A stretch of DNA of 63,968 nt, filler included, from Thermoplasmatota archaeon (GTDB lineage: Archaea; Thermoplasmatota; E2; JACPAO01; JAHFTW01), in assembly GCA_041623215.1 (NCBI GenBank). It is 5 parts of 5 records of this genome, joined end to end, with 100 filler letters (N's around TTAATTAATTAA, not from the genome) between each part and the next. Parts side by side here need not be neighbours in the genome. Positions count along the whole stretch, not along the records: positions 15,977 to 31,447 come from JBFJXH010000034.1; 4 more parts are not named here. One strand, given 5' to 3'. How positions within the stretch are numbered: position 1 is the first letter of the stretch; each line of letters opens with the position of its first letter. This document shows positions 18,129 to 27,047 of the stretch, one piece after another. Made by a program: the position numbers and the translations under genes. Below the pieces are notes generated by a model. It was not told the origin of the DNA. It saw only the letters and a list, made by a program, of their open reading frames with translations, and did not search any database.

Positions 18129-19286
18129 GTGCATCCCGCCACTTCCCGTCTTGTGCAGCGGCTCCCTGAGCGCCCCAATCGCCAAAGCCAGGCGTTCTTC
18201 TTGCTGTTGCTGGCGGGCATTGCCTACCTGACGTATACGGTCTTCAAGCCGTTTCTCATCTACATGATGGTCGGCCTGTTCGTGGCCGTTCTTGCCCTTC
18301 CCATCGACAAGTTCTGGGAGCGCCTTTTGCCCAATCGCGTGGCGGCCTTTGCCACCATGGGTACGCTGTTTCTGATTGTCACGGTGCCCCTCGTGGCGCT
18401 CGGATTTGCGCTTGCAAGCGATGTGCAAGAGATATCGCAGACGGTACGAAGTGGCGAAGCCGAAGCGTCCCTCGAATCCGCCCTGGAGGTGTTGCTCCCC
18501 GGCCAAACGGCCGAGCAGCGCAATGCCACCATGGACCAGATTTGGGGCGAGATTGAGCCGGTCTTGAACGATGCCTTGCGGAAGGTGGGTAGAGCCTTGG
18601 TAGGATTCGTGGGCGACATTGCCATCGCCTTCACGGTCATCCTGTTCGTCCTTTACTACGTCCTCGTGGATGGCCAACGTCTGGCCGCCTACCTGCGCCG
18701 CGCGGCACCCATGCCTGCCACGCACGTAGATTTTCTCCTGCACGAGGCAAAAAATGGCCTCAATGCGGTCTTCGTCGGCCAAATCATGACCAGCCTCATC
18801 CAGGGCGCCCTGGGGGGCATTGGGTTTCTGATTGCGGGTCTTGAAGGAGCTGTGCTATGGGCGGCTGTGATGGCCATTCTCAGCCTCCTGCCTGTCATCG
18901 GAGCTTTCCTCGTTTGGCTGCCGGCCGCCATCTTCTTGCTGTCGCAAGGCGACACTTGGCAAGGCGTATTCCTCATCATTTGGGGCGTTGTCGTGGTGAG
19001 CCAAGTGGACAACCTCATTCGCCCGCGCCTCATTGGCGACCGAGCAGACATTCACCCGCTCTTCGTCCTCATTGGCGTACTGGGCGGCGTGGCCGCCTTC
19101 GGCTTTGTCGGGCTCTTCCTTGGCCCGCTGCTGGTAGGTGTTCTCCTGTCGGTCCTCAAGGTGTGGGAAGCAGACTACCTCGACCCCATGGTGGGTGCCC
19201 TCGATGCCACCGCCGCCCCGCCCGCCGCCGTCAAAGACCCCCCGCCGGCCGCGACGAAATCCCGCGCCGGCAAGAAGGATGCTTGA
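18129..19286 (+). CDS. AI-2E family transporter
   Basis: Multi-TM; LLPVIGA, DNLIRPRLIG, GFVGLFLGP; start approximate. Confidence 0.88.
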   Translation: MHPATSRLVQRLPERPNRQSQAFFLLLLAGIAYLTYTVFKPFLIYMMVGLFVAVLALPIDKFWERLLPNRVAAFATMGTLFLIVTVPLVALGFALASDVQEISQTVRSGEAEASLESALEVLLPGQTAEQRNATMDQIWGEIEPVLNDALRKVGRALVGFVGDIAIAFTVILFVLYYVLVDGQRLAAYLRRAAPMPATHVDFLLHEAKNGLNAVFVGQIMTSLIQGALGGIGFLIAGLEGAVLWAAVMAILSLLPVIGAFLVWLPAAIFLLSQGDTWQGVFLIIWGVVVVSQVDNLIRPRLIGDRADIHPLFVLIGVLGGVAAFGFVGLFLGPLLVGVLLSVLKVWEADYLDPMVGALDATAAPPAAVKDPPPAATKSRAGKKDA

Positions 19287-19950
19287 ACGCTTACCTCGCT
19301 CCGGCGAACGCCTGGGCATTCTCATCGGCGCCGCACTGCTGGCCATTGAACTTGCGGGGCTTGTCATCTGGACGATCCTGTTTCCGGCATGGGGGCGCGC
19401 GGCATGGGCGGGTGCCGCGGCTGAAATTACGGCTGGCCGTGAATCGGGCATCGCCGTAGCATTGGAAGCGGGGTTGCCTTGGTGGCAGACATGGCCGCTT
19501 CTTGCGTGGCAGGACTTAGCGGCGGCCAGTCTCACGTACCCAATCTTCCTTTGGGCGCTGCACAAGCACCGCGACGCGGACAACTTCGTCATGACGAAGC
19601 TTCGCAGCTGGCAGGCGGCGGCTGAGCGCCACGAAGGCTGGGTTGGTCAATGGGGCCCCCTGGGCATCTACGTGTTTCTGCTTGTGCCGTTCCTACTCAA
19701 TGGCCCGCTCATTGCCGCCGTCGTGGGTCGCCTCGCCGGAATCCGCACGAGGGCCCTCATCGCTCCTGTTGTTGCGGGCGTCGTCATTGGCACCGGCATG
19801 TGGGTCATCGGCTTCGACACGCTTCTTGCGGCGTCGCGGGCTGTCCACCCGTTTGCGGGCACTGCGATTACGGTCGCGGTCGTGGTTGCATTCGTCCTTG
19901 GCGGCGTCATTGCCGACCGCTGGCAGGCGCGTCGCCAGGGCACCCCGTGA
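19279..19950 (+). CDS. Membrane protein, small multidrug export-like
   Basis: Overlaps the AI-2E stop; several TMs; GIYVFLLVPFLLNGP. Confidence 0.65.
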   Translation: MLERLPRSGERLGILIGAALLAIELAGLVIWTILFPAWGRAAWAGAAAEITAGRESGIAVALEAGLPWWQTWPLLAWQDLAAASLTYPIFLWALHKHRDADNFVMTKLRSWQAAAERHEGWVGQWGPLGIYVFLLVPFLLNGPLIAAVVGRLAGIRTRALIAPVVAGVVIGTGMWVIGFDTLLAASRAVHPFAGTAITVAVVVAFVLGGVIADRWQARRQGTP

Positions 19951-20055
19951 GGTAGCCGACCGCCTCACCGGCGCCGGTTGGATGCCTCAATCAGCGCCGC
20001 CACGGCATCCGCGTCGCCGTTGGTCCCGAGCAGCGACGAGCCTGGTCTGGGCCGG

Positions 20056-22281
20056 TCAAGCGTCCTCGTCAAACCATGCCTCAATGCGGCTGGCTACGAG
20101 GCGCTTCTGCGCCGCCGTCAGCAAGTCGTCACTGGCTAGCGCTTCCATGAACGTTGCTCGTTCCCACTTGGTAACGCGGCCATCGTCTAGAATGCGGTGC
20201 AGTGTGGCGGCCAAGCTCATAGGCAAGAACGGGAAATCCTGTTCCAGCGATTCCAACCGACCGCCGGCAGCGCGTTGGTCAATGTGGCGCTCCAATACCG
20301 CGAATTGGCTTTCATCCAAACGCCCGGCAACCAGCAGCGTCTTGGCGTATTCGCGGCGGTCCGCCATGGCCCGGTGGAGGGACAAGGGATTGCCGCCGTG
20401 TTGGCTGGCGATGGTATCCACGTGCTGGAGTTCGCGCCGCAGCCTAGCACGCCGCCGACCCAGACGGATGGTGGCGAAGCCCGCTGCAGTCAGCGTAATC
20501 AAGAGACCTAGGACGAAGAAGGTGGATTCCTGGTGCTCCGGGGAGAAGCGGGCTTCCAGGAACGTTGGGTTGTTTGGGGCCGGTTGGCCTGGGTGAAGCA
20601 CGATGGTTTGCGTCGCTTGCTGCCCTTGTGCGTTGCGGGCGTGCACCGTGACGGTGAAGTCCTGCGCCGTGTCGTACGCGTGCTCCAATACCTTGGCCGC
20701 CGTCCAGTACGTCACCAACCCGTCGCCCCAATCGACGCGAAATTCAATGTCTGATCCCATGGATCCCGGCTGGCTTCCCGAAAGGTCCAGGGATACGGGT
20801 GTGTCCAAGGGGCCGTAGTCCCCGTTGATGGCGACGTCAATGGCGATGGTCGCGGGGATGTCGCCGTAGATGCTCACCGTCCCTTCGCCATCGGCTACGA
20901 CGAGCATGCGCTCACCGACACCGGCCAGGACGGTTGGGCCGCGTATGGCCGGGTTGGCTTGCATGGGCACCGGGTCTTCCGGCGTGAAGTCGTCGAGTCG
21001 TAGCGGCATGATGGTGTCGCGGTCTCCGCTGAAGATGTAGGATCGTCCACCAGCTGTCAGCATGGACCCGCTTCCACCGTCGTCCAGGTCGCTGGGCATG
21101 TCGGCCGCGCGCATCCACCTTTGCTGCTCCAGGCTGTAGCCGTGCACAAAGCCATAGAATGGCGTGATAACTTCGCCGCCAGCCACAATTCCGATTGGGC
21201 CATCTTGGCAGCAAAGGCCATTGCTCCCTTCCTGCGAAGGGCTGGCTTGCCCGGGAATGAAGCGGTGCGATGGATTCTGGAACGCGCCGTCAACAAACCG
21301 AGATGTGGAGAGCTGAAAACCGCGAACCGCTACCCATTCGCCGAGCACGGCGAGGGACGACTCACGCCATTGGTTGTAGACCATGGCCAATGGCGATTGC
21401 GGCGGGTCGGCCAAACTCAAAGCCCCAGCAACCGGCAGGGGGACCCAAGTGGCAACCAAGTCTCCTGTCTCTAGACTGAAGGCGTAAACCATCAGCCGGT
21501 CGTCGCCCCACCCGTGGGCGGGCCGGTCTAACACATAGACCGTATCCGCGGATACGGCCAGTCCGCCGGGCGCGCCACCGGTCCCCATATGTTCTCGATC
21601 GTCCGGATTGGTTGCATCCGGCGCGCGCTCCCAGACAAGCTCTCCGCTCACGGTGTCAAGCACATGCAGGGAATAGTGGGGGCCGACGCTTGATGTGAGT
21701 AAGGTCTGCGCAGGCTCATCCCGCCAACAAAGCACCACCAACCGGTGCTGGGTCACTTCCACCGCCGGGGGGCGGCACCACAGTTCGAGTGCATCGGAGT
21801 CCACCACCCCGGCAAACACGTCCGTGGCCCAAACCACTTGCGCCGTCGCCACATCCACGGCAACGATGCGGTTGGGGCCCACGACGAAAATGCGCTCGCC
21901 ATCAGAGGCCCAACTGTACGCGCCTTGCAGTTCATCCAGTTCGTGCCAGCGTTGCACGGCTCCGGTGGTGGGGTCAAGGCGTTCAATCCGTGGCTCAGTT
22001 GGCAGCCCCGCCCCCATGTCAGTGGCAGCATCCGCCGGATCACCTGCGGGGAACACGTAGTCTACCTGCAAGGCGTAAACGCCGGATTCCAAAATCAACG
22101 GAATGCCCCACGGTGCCCGGTCGCCGAGCAGGTCCGCACGCAATCCGAGGTCCATTGTGCTGGGTCCGGGGTCTGATGAATTACCGGTCCGCCCTGCATC
22201 CACTTGGTGTTGCAGGTAAGGCGCTGCTGCTGCCGATGGCACTAGTAGGGCCGTGACCACCAGCACGAACAAGGCTCGCAT
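20056..22281 (-). CDS. Surface protein: PQQ-like beta-propeller, PKD, TM and cytoplasmic tail
   Basis: Signal peptide; AVDVATAQVVW and LDTVSGELVWE blades; VDWGDG PKD; TM then about 125 aa tail. Confidence 0.75.
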   Translation of the reverse strand: MRALFVLVVTALLVPSAAAAPYLQHQVDAGRTGNSSDPGPSTMDLGLRADLLGDRAPWGIPLILESGVYALQVDYVFPAGDPADAATDMGAGLPTEPRIERLDPTTGAVQRWHELDELQGAYSWASDGERIFVVGPNRIVAVDVATAQVVWATDVFAGVVDSDALELWCRPPAVEVTQHRLVVLCWRDEPAQTLLTSSVGPHYSLHVLDTVSGELVWERAPDATNPDDREHMGTGGAPGGLAVSADTVYVLDRPAHGWGDDRLMVYAFSLETGDLVATWVPLPVAGALSLADPPQSPLAMVYNQWRESSLAVLGEWVAVRGFQLSTSRFVDGAFQNPSHRFIPGQASPSQEGSNGLCCQDGPIGIVAGGEVITPFYGFVHGYSLEQQRWMRAADMPSDLDDGGSGSMLTAGGRSYIFSGDRDTIMPLRLDDFTPEDPVPMQANPAIRGPTVLAGVGERMLVVADGEGTVSIYGDIPATIAIDVAINGDYGPLDTPVSLDLSGSQPGSMGSDIEFRVDWGDGLVTYWTAAKVLEHAYDTAQDFTVTVHARNAQGQQATQTIVLHPGQPAPNNPTFLEARFSPEHQESTFFVLGLLITLTAAGFATIRLGRRRARLRRELQHVDTIASQHGGNPLSLHRAMADRREYAKTLLVAGRLDESQFAVLERHIDQRAAGGRLESLEQDFPFLPMSLAATLHRILDDGRVTKWERATFMEALASDDLLTAAQKRLVASRIEAWFDEDA

Positions 22282-22413
22282 CGAACGTCCACGATGCACG
22301 GTGGTTATGGGGTTTACCGCCGGGGCCGGCGGGGCAAAAATTAGGAGAATGAGATGGAGTGGGAAAAGATGCCCGAAGGCGGTTTGTGAAGTCGCGTTGC
22401 CACGCTGCGGTGA

Positions 22414-22638
22414 TTAGCCGAACAGGGCGCCGAGGCCGGCAGCGGCAGTCGCCAGCCGTGCAAGCACGGCTCGCTTCCGCCCCTCCCGGCGCGGCTCCTC
22501 ATTCAGTGCTTAACCGAACAGGGCGCCGAGGCCGGCAGCGGCAGTCGCCAGCCGTGCAAGCACGGCTCGCTTCCGCCCCTCCCGGTGCGGCTCCTCATTC
22601 AGTGCTTAACCGAACAGGGCGCCGAGGCCGGCAGCGGC
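22414..22638 (-). repeat. 96-bp tandem repeat: three copies of the last 33 nt of rpl12 separated by two 63-nt hairpin-containing spacers
   Basis: Copies begin at 22414, 22510 and 22606; single differences at 22417 (G vs A) and 22490/22586 (C vs T). Confidence 0.95.
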
Positions 22639-22923
22639 CTCTTCTTCACTGACGCCGTCGTCCTCTTCCTCTTCGGGAGCGGCTTCGGCGGCAGGGGCGT
22701 CGCCAGCGGCGGCAGCGGGTGCAGCGGCCACAGCGGCCACAGGGGCAGCGGTGGCGGCCTCGATGGCAGCCTCGAAGTCGACGCCATCGAGGGCGGCGAC
22801 GAGGGCCTTCACGCGGCCACCGTCAACCTCAACACCAGCGGCGGTGAGGGTGGCGGTAACGGTCTCTTCACTGACTTCCTTGCCAGCGCTGTGCAGGAGC
22901 AGGGCGCTGTAGACGTATTCCAT
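22606..22923 (-). CDS. rpl12: 50S ribosomal stalk protein P1 (aL12)
   Basis: [11 protein letters not shown]; acidic linker; C-terminal [10 protein letters not shown]. Confidence 0.97.
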   Translation of the reverse strand: MEYVYSALLLHSAGKEVSEETVTATLTAAGVEVDGGRVKALVAALDGVDFEAAIEAATAAPVAAVAAAPAAAAGDAPAAEAAPEEEEDDGVSEEEAAAGLGALFG

Positions 22924-22941
22924 GGTTGTTTCCTCCTTGGG

Positions 22942-24045
22942 TTATCCGAACAGCGCACCCAGTCCGGCGGCTGCTTCATCTTCGGTCACTTCTTCTTCCT
23001 CCTCTTCCTCTTCAGCGGGCGCTTCGGCAGCCGCGTCACCCGAAGGTGCTGCAGCAGCCGCAGCGGCACCGCTGAGGATGCCGAGGTGGTTGGACAGGCG
23101 TTCTTTGGCGCCATCGCTGAGGTCGCCTTCGGTCTTGCCAATGCTGGCAAGCACGCGGGCATAGGCCTCGGCGGTGGCGTCTTGGTTGTCTCCCATGTCG
23201 ACGCCGTACTCGATGGCGGCGGCGACCGCCGTCTTGTAGGCGCGGGCGACGAGTTCTTCGGCCGTGTCGGCCGTGACCCACGTTGCATCCAAGGCAACGC
23301 TGTGGGTGGCGCGGTAGGCGCGACCCATCAGTTCGCGGATGGTTTGCTTGGTGGGCCAAGCGGCTGCCAAGCCAAGCTCGTAGGCCGTGCGGGCCGCGAG
23401 GACCACTTGGCCGAGCGTAGCTTCTTCGTCGATGTCCAGCACGTCGGGCGTGAACAGGGTGCCATCGTCGAAGGCCGCTTGTAGGTTGATCTTCAGCTGG
23501 ACCGGTTTGATTTCCAGCTTGGCTAGCATGGTGGCAAGGTCGTTGCTGATGACGTCGCCCGCCTTGACGGGGGTGACGGTCTTCTGAATGACGACTTTGC
23601 CAGCGTCAATCTTGGCCGGGATGCCGACCTTCTGGAATTCACCAACGATGGGGCCAGGGCCGAAGGCCGTAGGTCCCTTCTCGACGGTGATGTCGCTGGG
23701 TGAGACGGAGCCGCCCTTGGCGGGAGCCATCGTCGCGCCAGCTTCCAGTTGCTTGAACAGCTTGAAGGGGTTCATGCCGGTGGCCAAGAGAGCCACTTGG
23801 CCGTCCACTTTGTCCGTCAGTTCTTCCAGGCCAGGTCGCTCTTTGGCGGCCTCGGCAATGGCGAGACGGACGAGTCGGTTCTTGACGCCGACAATGTGGA
23901 CATCCTGGCGAAGGCTTGCACGCATCTCGGCCATTTGGGGGCCGGGAATGCCGCTGATGGTGGCCACGCCGACGACGGGGTTCTCCTTGAGGAGCTTCGC
24001 CAGTTTGGCCACTTCATCCTTCTTCCAGGGGGCGACGTGCGCCAT
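22942..24045 (-). CDS. rpl10: 50S ribosomal protein uL10 (P0)
   Basis: MAHVAPWKKDEV, GPTAFGPGP, C-terminal [10 protein letters not shown]. Confidence 0.97.
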   Translation of the reverse strand: MAHVAPWKKDEVAKLAKLLKENPVVGVATISGIPGPQMAEMRASLRQDVHIVGVKNRLVRLAIAEAAKERPGLEELTDKVDGQVALLATGMNPFKLFKQLEAGATMAPAKGGSVSPSDITVEKGPTAFGPGPIVGEFQKVGIPAKIDAGKVVIQKTVTPVKAGDVISNDLATMLAKLEIKPVQLKINLQAAFDDGTLFTPDVLDIDEEATLGQVVLAARTAYELGLAAAWPTKQTIRELMGRAYRATHSVALDATWVTADTAEELVARAYKTAVAAAIEYGVDMGDNQDATAEAYARVLASIGKTEGDLSDGAKERLSNHLGILSGAAAAAAAPSGDAAAEAPAEEEEEEEEVTEDEAAAGLGALFG

Positions 24046-24689
24046 TAGATGCACCTCACACTGGGGCCCATACTGGTCTTGACGTACACAGCGGCCACGT
24101 TCATGCGGCCGTGCTCCAGCCGACCTTCAATGCGGCCCATGATGGCCTCAAGGTTGTCGGCCAGGTCCTCGGGGCTCATGTCTTCGGAGCCAATGAAGGC
24201 GTGGAAGCAGAGCTTGTCCTTGGAGCGAACCTTCACGGTGTTGCGAAGGTTCTCAATCATGCCGGACGGGTCAGCACCAGGGGGCATAGGGCGCGGCATC
24301 TTGCCGCGGGGACCGAGTACGATACCCAGGCTCTTACCAATCTGGGCCATGAGGGGGGCCTCGGCCAAGAAGTAGTGCATGTTGTTGGCCGTCTTCTTGA
24401 ACGCGCGGGAGTCCTTTTGCAAGTCTTCGAATTGGTCCGGCTGAATGACCACGTCGGCCACATTCTTTGCCAAACTGGCACCTTCACCCTGAGCAAAGAC
24501 GCCGACTTTTGCCTGCTTGCCTCGACCCTTCGGGAGGATGACATCCTCGTCGATGCGGTTCTTAGGCAGGTTCATGTCGACATTTTTCAGGGTGATTGCC
24601 ACATCGACGGACTGCGTGAACTTGCGCTCAAGCGCCTTACCCTCTTCGAGGGCTTTGGCGACGGCTGTCACGAATTGTTCATCTGCGAT
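24045..24689 (-). CDS. rpl1: 50S ribosomal protein uL1; start inferred at ATC 24689 (first canonical in-frame start GTG 24671)
   Basis: RKFTQSVD, LGPRGKMP, VKTSMGP; SD GGAGGTGA 4 nt before ATC GCA GAT GAA. Confidence 0.95.
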   Translation of the reverse strand: MADEQFVTAVAKALEEGKALERKFTQSVDVAITLKNVDMNLPKNRIDEDVILPKGRGKQAKVGVFAQGEGASLAKNVADVVIQPDQFEDLQKDSRAFKKTANNMHYFLAEAPLMAQIGKSLGIVLGPRGKMPRPMPPGADPSGMIENLRNTVKVRSKDKLCFHAFIGSEDMSPEDLADNLEAIMGRIEGRLEHGRMNVAAVYVKTSMGPSVRCI

Positions 24690-24693
24690 GGTT

Positions 24694-24736
24694 TCACCTC
24701 CGTAGTGCGGGCGGGACGGGGGTGTCCCTCCTACGG
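24694..24736 (-). promoter_or_regulatory. Putative L1-binding autoregulatory leader overlapping the SD
   Basis: CCGUAG-GA-GGGAC-loop-GUCCC-GCCCGCA-CUACGG-AGGUGA: two stems with an asymmetric internal loop, resembling haloarchaeal rpl1 leaders. Confidence 0.75.
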
Positions 24737-24759
24737 CGGGGCGGCCGACAAAGGGCCTC

Positions 24760-24766
24760 TATAAAA
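24760..24766 (-). promoter_or_regulatory. TATA box of the rpl1-rpl10-rpl12 operon
   Basis: TTTTATA about 25 nt upstream of the leader in GC-rich context. Confidence 0.7.
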
Positions 24767-24814
24767 CGTTGAGTGTACTCGGCAGAGGTGGTGGTCAAGA
24801 ACCGTGGTCGAGCG

Positions 24815-26266
24815 CTAGGCGACACTGATGTCGCCGGCGGGGTCTCGCGCTGACGGACTTGGTGGCTCCTGGGGAGGCCCGACTAGTCGGTGCAACCAGG
24901 GGTCTGACTCGGCGCCGCCTAGGAAATGGGGGCCCAGGGTCAAGGCTCTGTCCAGGTACACGCGCGCACCGGCGGCGTCCCCGCGACGAGCCAAGATACT
25001 GGCCATCAGAAATTCTTGCGTGGCGCGAGCTACGCCCGGCCACGTACCGCCCCGGGCCAGCACCGTTTCTGCGTGTTCAAGCTGCCCGTCTCGGAGGGCT
25101 GCCGTAGCTTCCATGGTCCAAGCATCAATTTCGTGCGGGCCCGGTCGACGCAGGCGGAGCGCTTCGCCTAGCACGGCGCGGTGGTCGCCCATGCGAAGAG
25201 CGGCAGTCATAGCGCGCAGCCTGCGTTGGCGACTCGCTCGCGTGAGGACTAGCACCAGAAGCACGGCCGCCAAGGCAATGCCGGCCGCGGACAATGAGCC
25301 CGTCAGCGTGGCAATCGGTGCCTCACCGCCCAGCGGCGAAGCCGCGGCCTGGGTCTCCTCCGCCATCGGCCGAATGGACAATTGTTGCCCCGCCCGTTGG
25401 ACGTCGTACCGGCCACCGCGGGTGCTCTGATGCTCGGCGCTCCAGATGGTTTCGGGCTCCAGGCCCTGCGGCGTGGCATGGCCCGCGACCATCCCATCGA
25501 CCGCCAGTTGCGCCTCTTCGAGAAACCACTGGCCATGCTCGGCCGTGCCGGTAAACACCAAAGTAGCGTTGTGGAGGAGCAGCCAAGTTTCGACGTGGTC
25601 AGTTGACTGCAACGGAGCGCCATGGACGTACGGCTTGTCGCGCTGCCCAGACCAATAGTAGCTTTGTCCCTCCGCGTCCGAAATCGCCGTGGTGGTTTCA
25701 TGGAGTCGCAGGCGAAGCGATCCGGTCACAATCCACGTGGTCTGGAGTGAACTGACCTGAATGGCTTGGTTGCCGGGCGGACTCGTTCGGTCCCGGCCGG
25801 CAAATGTGTCCGATTCCGGCACGTCCGCGATGCCGAGCCGGAGGCGAGCGTCTTGCGATGCCACATGGGGCCAGGATGCGCCTGCCACGGGAATGCCATA
25901 CACATGCACGAGGCCCGCGTTACTGGCAATGGTGATGTTGGCGTTTTCATGCAGGATAGAGGTGGTGCTCCATTGGTCTGGTGGCGTAGGTGAGCCAACG
26001 CCCTGGATGCTGGTCGCCGCCGTCGCCCCGTCCTGTTGCACTTCGATCAGCTTGGCCGAACCGCGCACCGAGATTCCCTCGGGTCCGCCTGAATGGCGGC
26101 TGGTAAAGTGGAATGTGTGCAGGGGGCCAGCGACCGTGGCATCCGTGGCGGTGATACGGTCAAAGGGCTCGCCGTCGTGCGAATCGGCCCAGTCGGATGA
26201 CGCGCTAACAGCTCCCGATGCGCCGAGCAGGGCGACAAGTGCAAGCGCACGGAGCTGGAACCGCAC
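24815..26266 (-). CDS. Single-pass membrane protein with ectodomain and C-terminal TPR-like helices
   Basis: GTG start after GGGGAGG; signal peptide; TM; A..L..G...A...L..A helical pattern. Confidence 0.65.
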   Translation of the reverse strand: MRFQLRALALVALLGASGAVSASSDWADSHDGEPFDRITATDATVAGPLHTFHFTSRHSGGPEGISVRGSAKLIEVQQDGATAATSIQGVGSPTPPDQWSTTSILHENANITIASNAGLVHVYGIPVAGASWPHVASQDARLRLGIADVPESDTFAGRDRTSPPGNQAIQVSSLQTTWIVTGSLRLRLHETTTAISDAEGQSYYWSGQRDKPYVHGAPLQSTDHVETWLLLHNATLVFTGTAEHGQWFLEEAQLAVDGMVAGHATPQGLEPETIWSAEHQSTRGGRYDVQRAGQQLSIRPMAEETQAAASPLGGEAPIATLTGSLSAAGIALAAVLLVLVLTRASRQRRLRAMTAALRMGDHRAVLGEALRLRRPGPHEIDAWTMEATAALRDGQLEHAETVLARGGTWPGVARATQEFLMASILARRGDAAGARVYLDRALTLGPHFLGGAESDPWLHRLVGPPQEPPSPSARDPAGDISVA

Positions 26267-26336
26267 GCCTCCCCGAGCCACCCCTCGTTTATCAAATGGT
26301 TCCAGGAGCCAGCAAGCGGACGGAGTGAGCGTGGGC

Positions 26337-26825
26337 CTATACTTCCCAAATGCCGCCGGACGACGGGCGCGGGTCTGCGCCGGCGGGCTCGAGGCGGGGT
26401 GGTGCAGGCGCGGCCAGCTCGGCAGCATCGGGCCGATTGTCCACGAGTGAAATTTCCCCTTGGAACTGGAAATTCACCGCCTCCTTGGCAAGTCGGCCCA
26501 AGTACAATTCTGCATCGGACACAACCTTTTGCGCCTCGAGCCGGCGTTGGCTTTCAGGCACATCCGACGGGTAGCCGCCGAAATACACGGTCAGAAATGC
26601 CTTGGCTAGCCGGCGGACCACAATCAGGGTTGCATGGACGCGGCCGGCCGCCGTGGTGGACCCGGCATGGTGCATCACGAAGCCCGTTTCGCCGCCGTCT
26701 TGGACCGTCCAATCGTCAAGTCCCATCTCTTTCGTCTGCAACGGCCCCCACAGCACCGGCCGCAGGCCTTTGGGCGTCGTGGCCTCGAACTTGGCTACAA
26801 AGACGCCGGCGTCGAGTACATCCAT
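26337..26825 (-). CDS. Hypothetical protein
   Basis: 162-aa ORF with coding-like composition, co-oriented with neighbours. Confidence 0.6.
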   Translation of the reverse strand: MDVLDAGVFVAKFEATTPKGLRPVLWGPLQTKEMGLDDWTVQDGGETGFVMHHAGSTTAAGRVHATLIVVRRLAKAFLTVYFGGYPSDVPESQRRLEAQKVVSDAELYLGRLAKEAVNFQFQGEISLVDNRPDAAELAAPAPPRLEPAGADPRPSSGGIWEV

Positions 26826-26850
26826 GGCTGGTCATGGCGGTGGCCGGGAC

Positions 26851-27009
26851 TTAGGGGTTGGCAAATGACGCCGTGGCAATCTGGATCGCGAGGCTTGCTT
26901 GGTCCACAAACCCGGCCAAGAAACCTAGGCCCAGGAGCAAGGCGGCGAAGGGCAACTCAGGCAGAACCCACTAGTGTGTCCAGTGAATGCCGGGTTTGCC
27001 GGCCGTCAT
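26851..27009 (-). pseudogene. Possible relic of a TauE/SafE-like N-terminus with an in-frame TAG
   Basis: MTAGKPGIHWTH*WVLPELPFAALLLGLGFLAGFVDQ...*. Confidence 0.3.
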
Positions 27010-27047
27010 CGGGTTGCCGTAGAAGGCATCGTTGTCGATGCGGCGGC

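Noticed and set aside
22414..22638. CRISPR array
   Set aside because: Spacers are near-identical and 63 nt long, the repeat is the rpl12 coding end, and no cas genes are seen
26851..27009. Pyrrolysine or TAG read-through gene
   Set aside because: The product would be only 52 aa, TAG is a normal stop elsewhere in the window, and no pyl genes are seen; a decayed fragment is more likely
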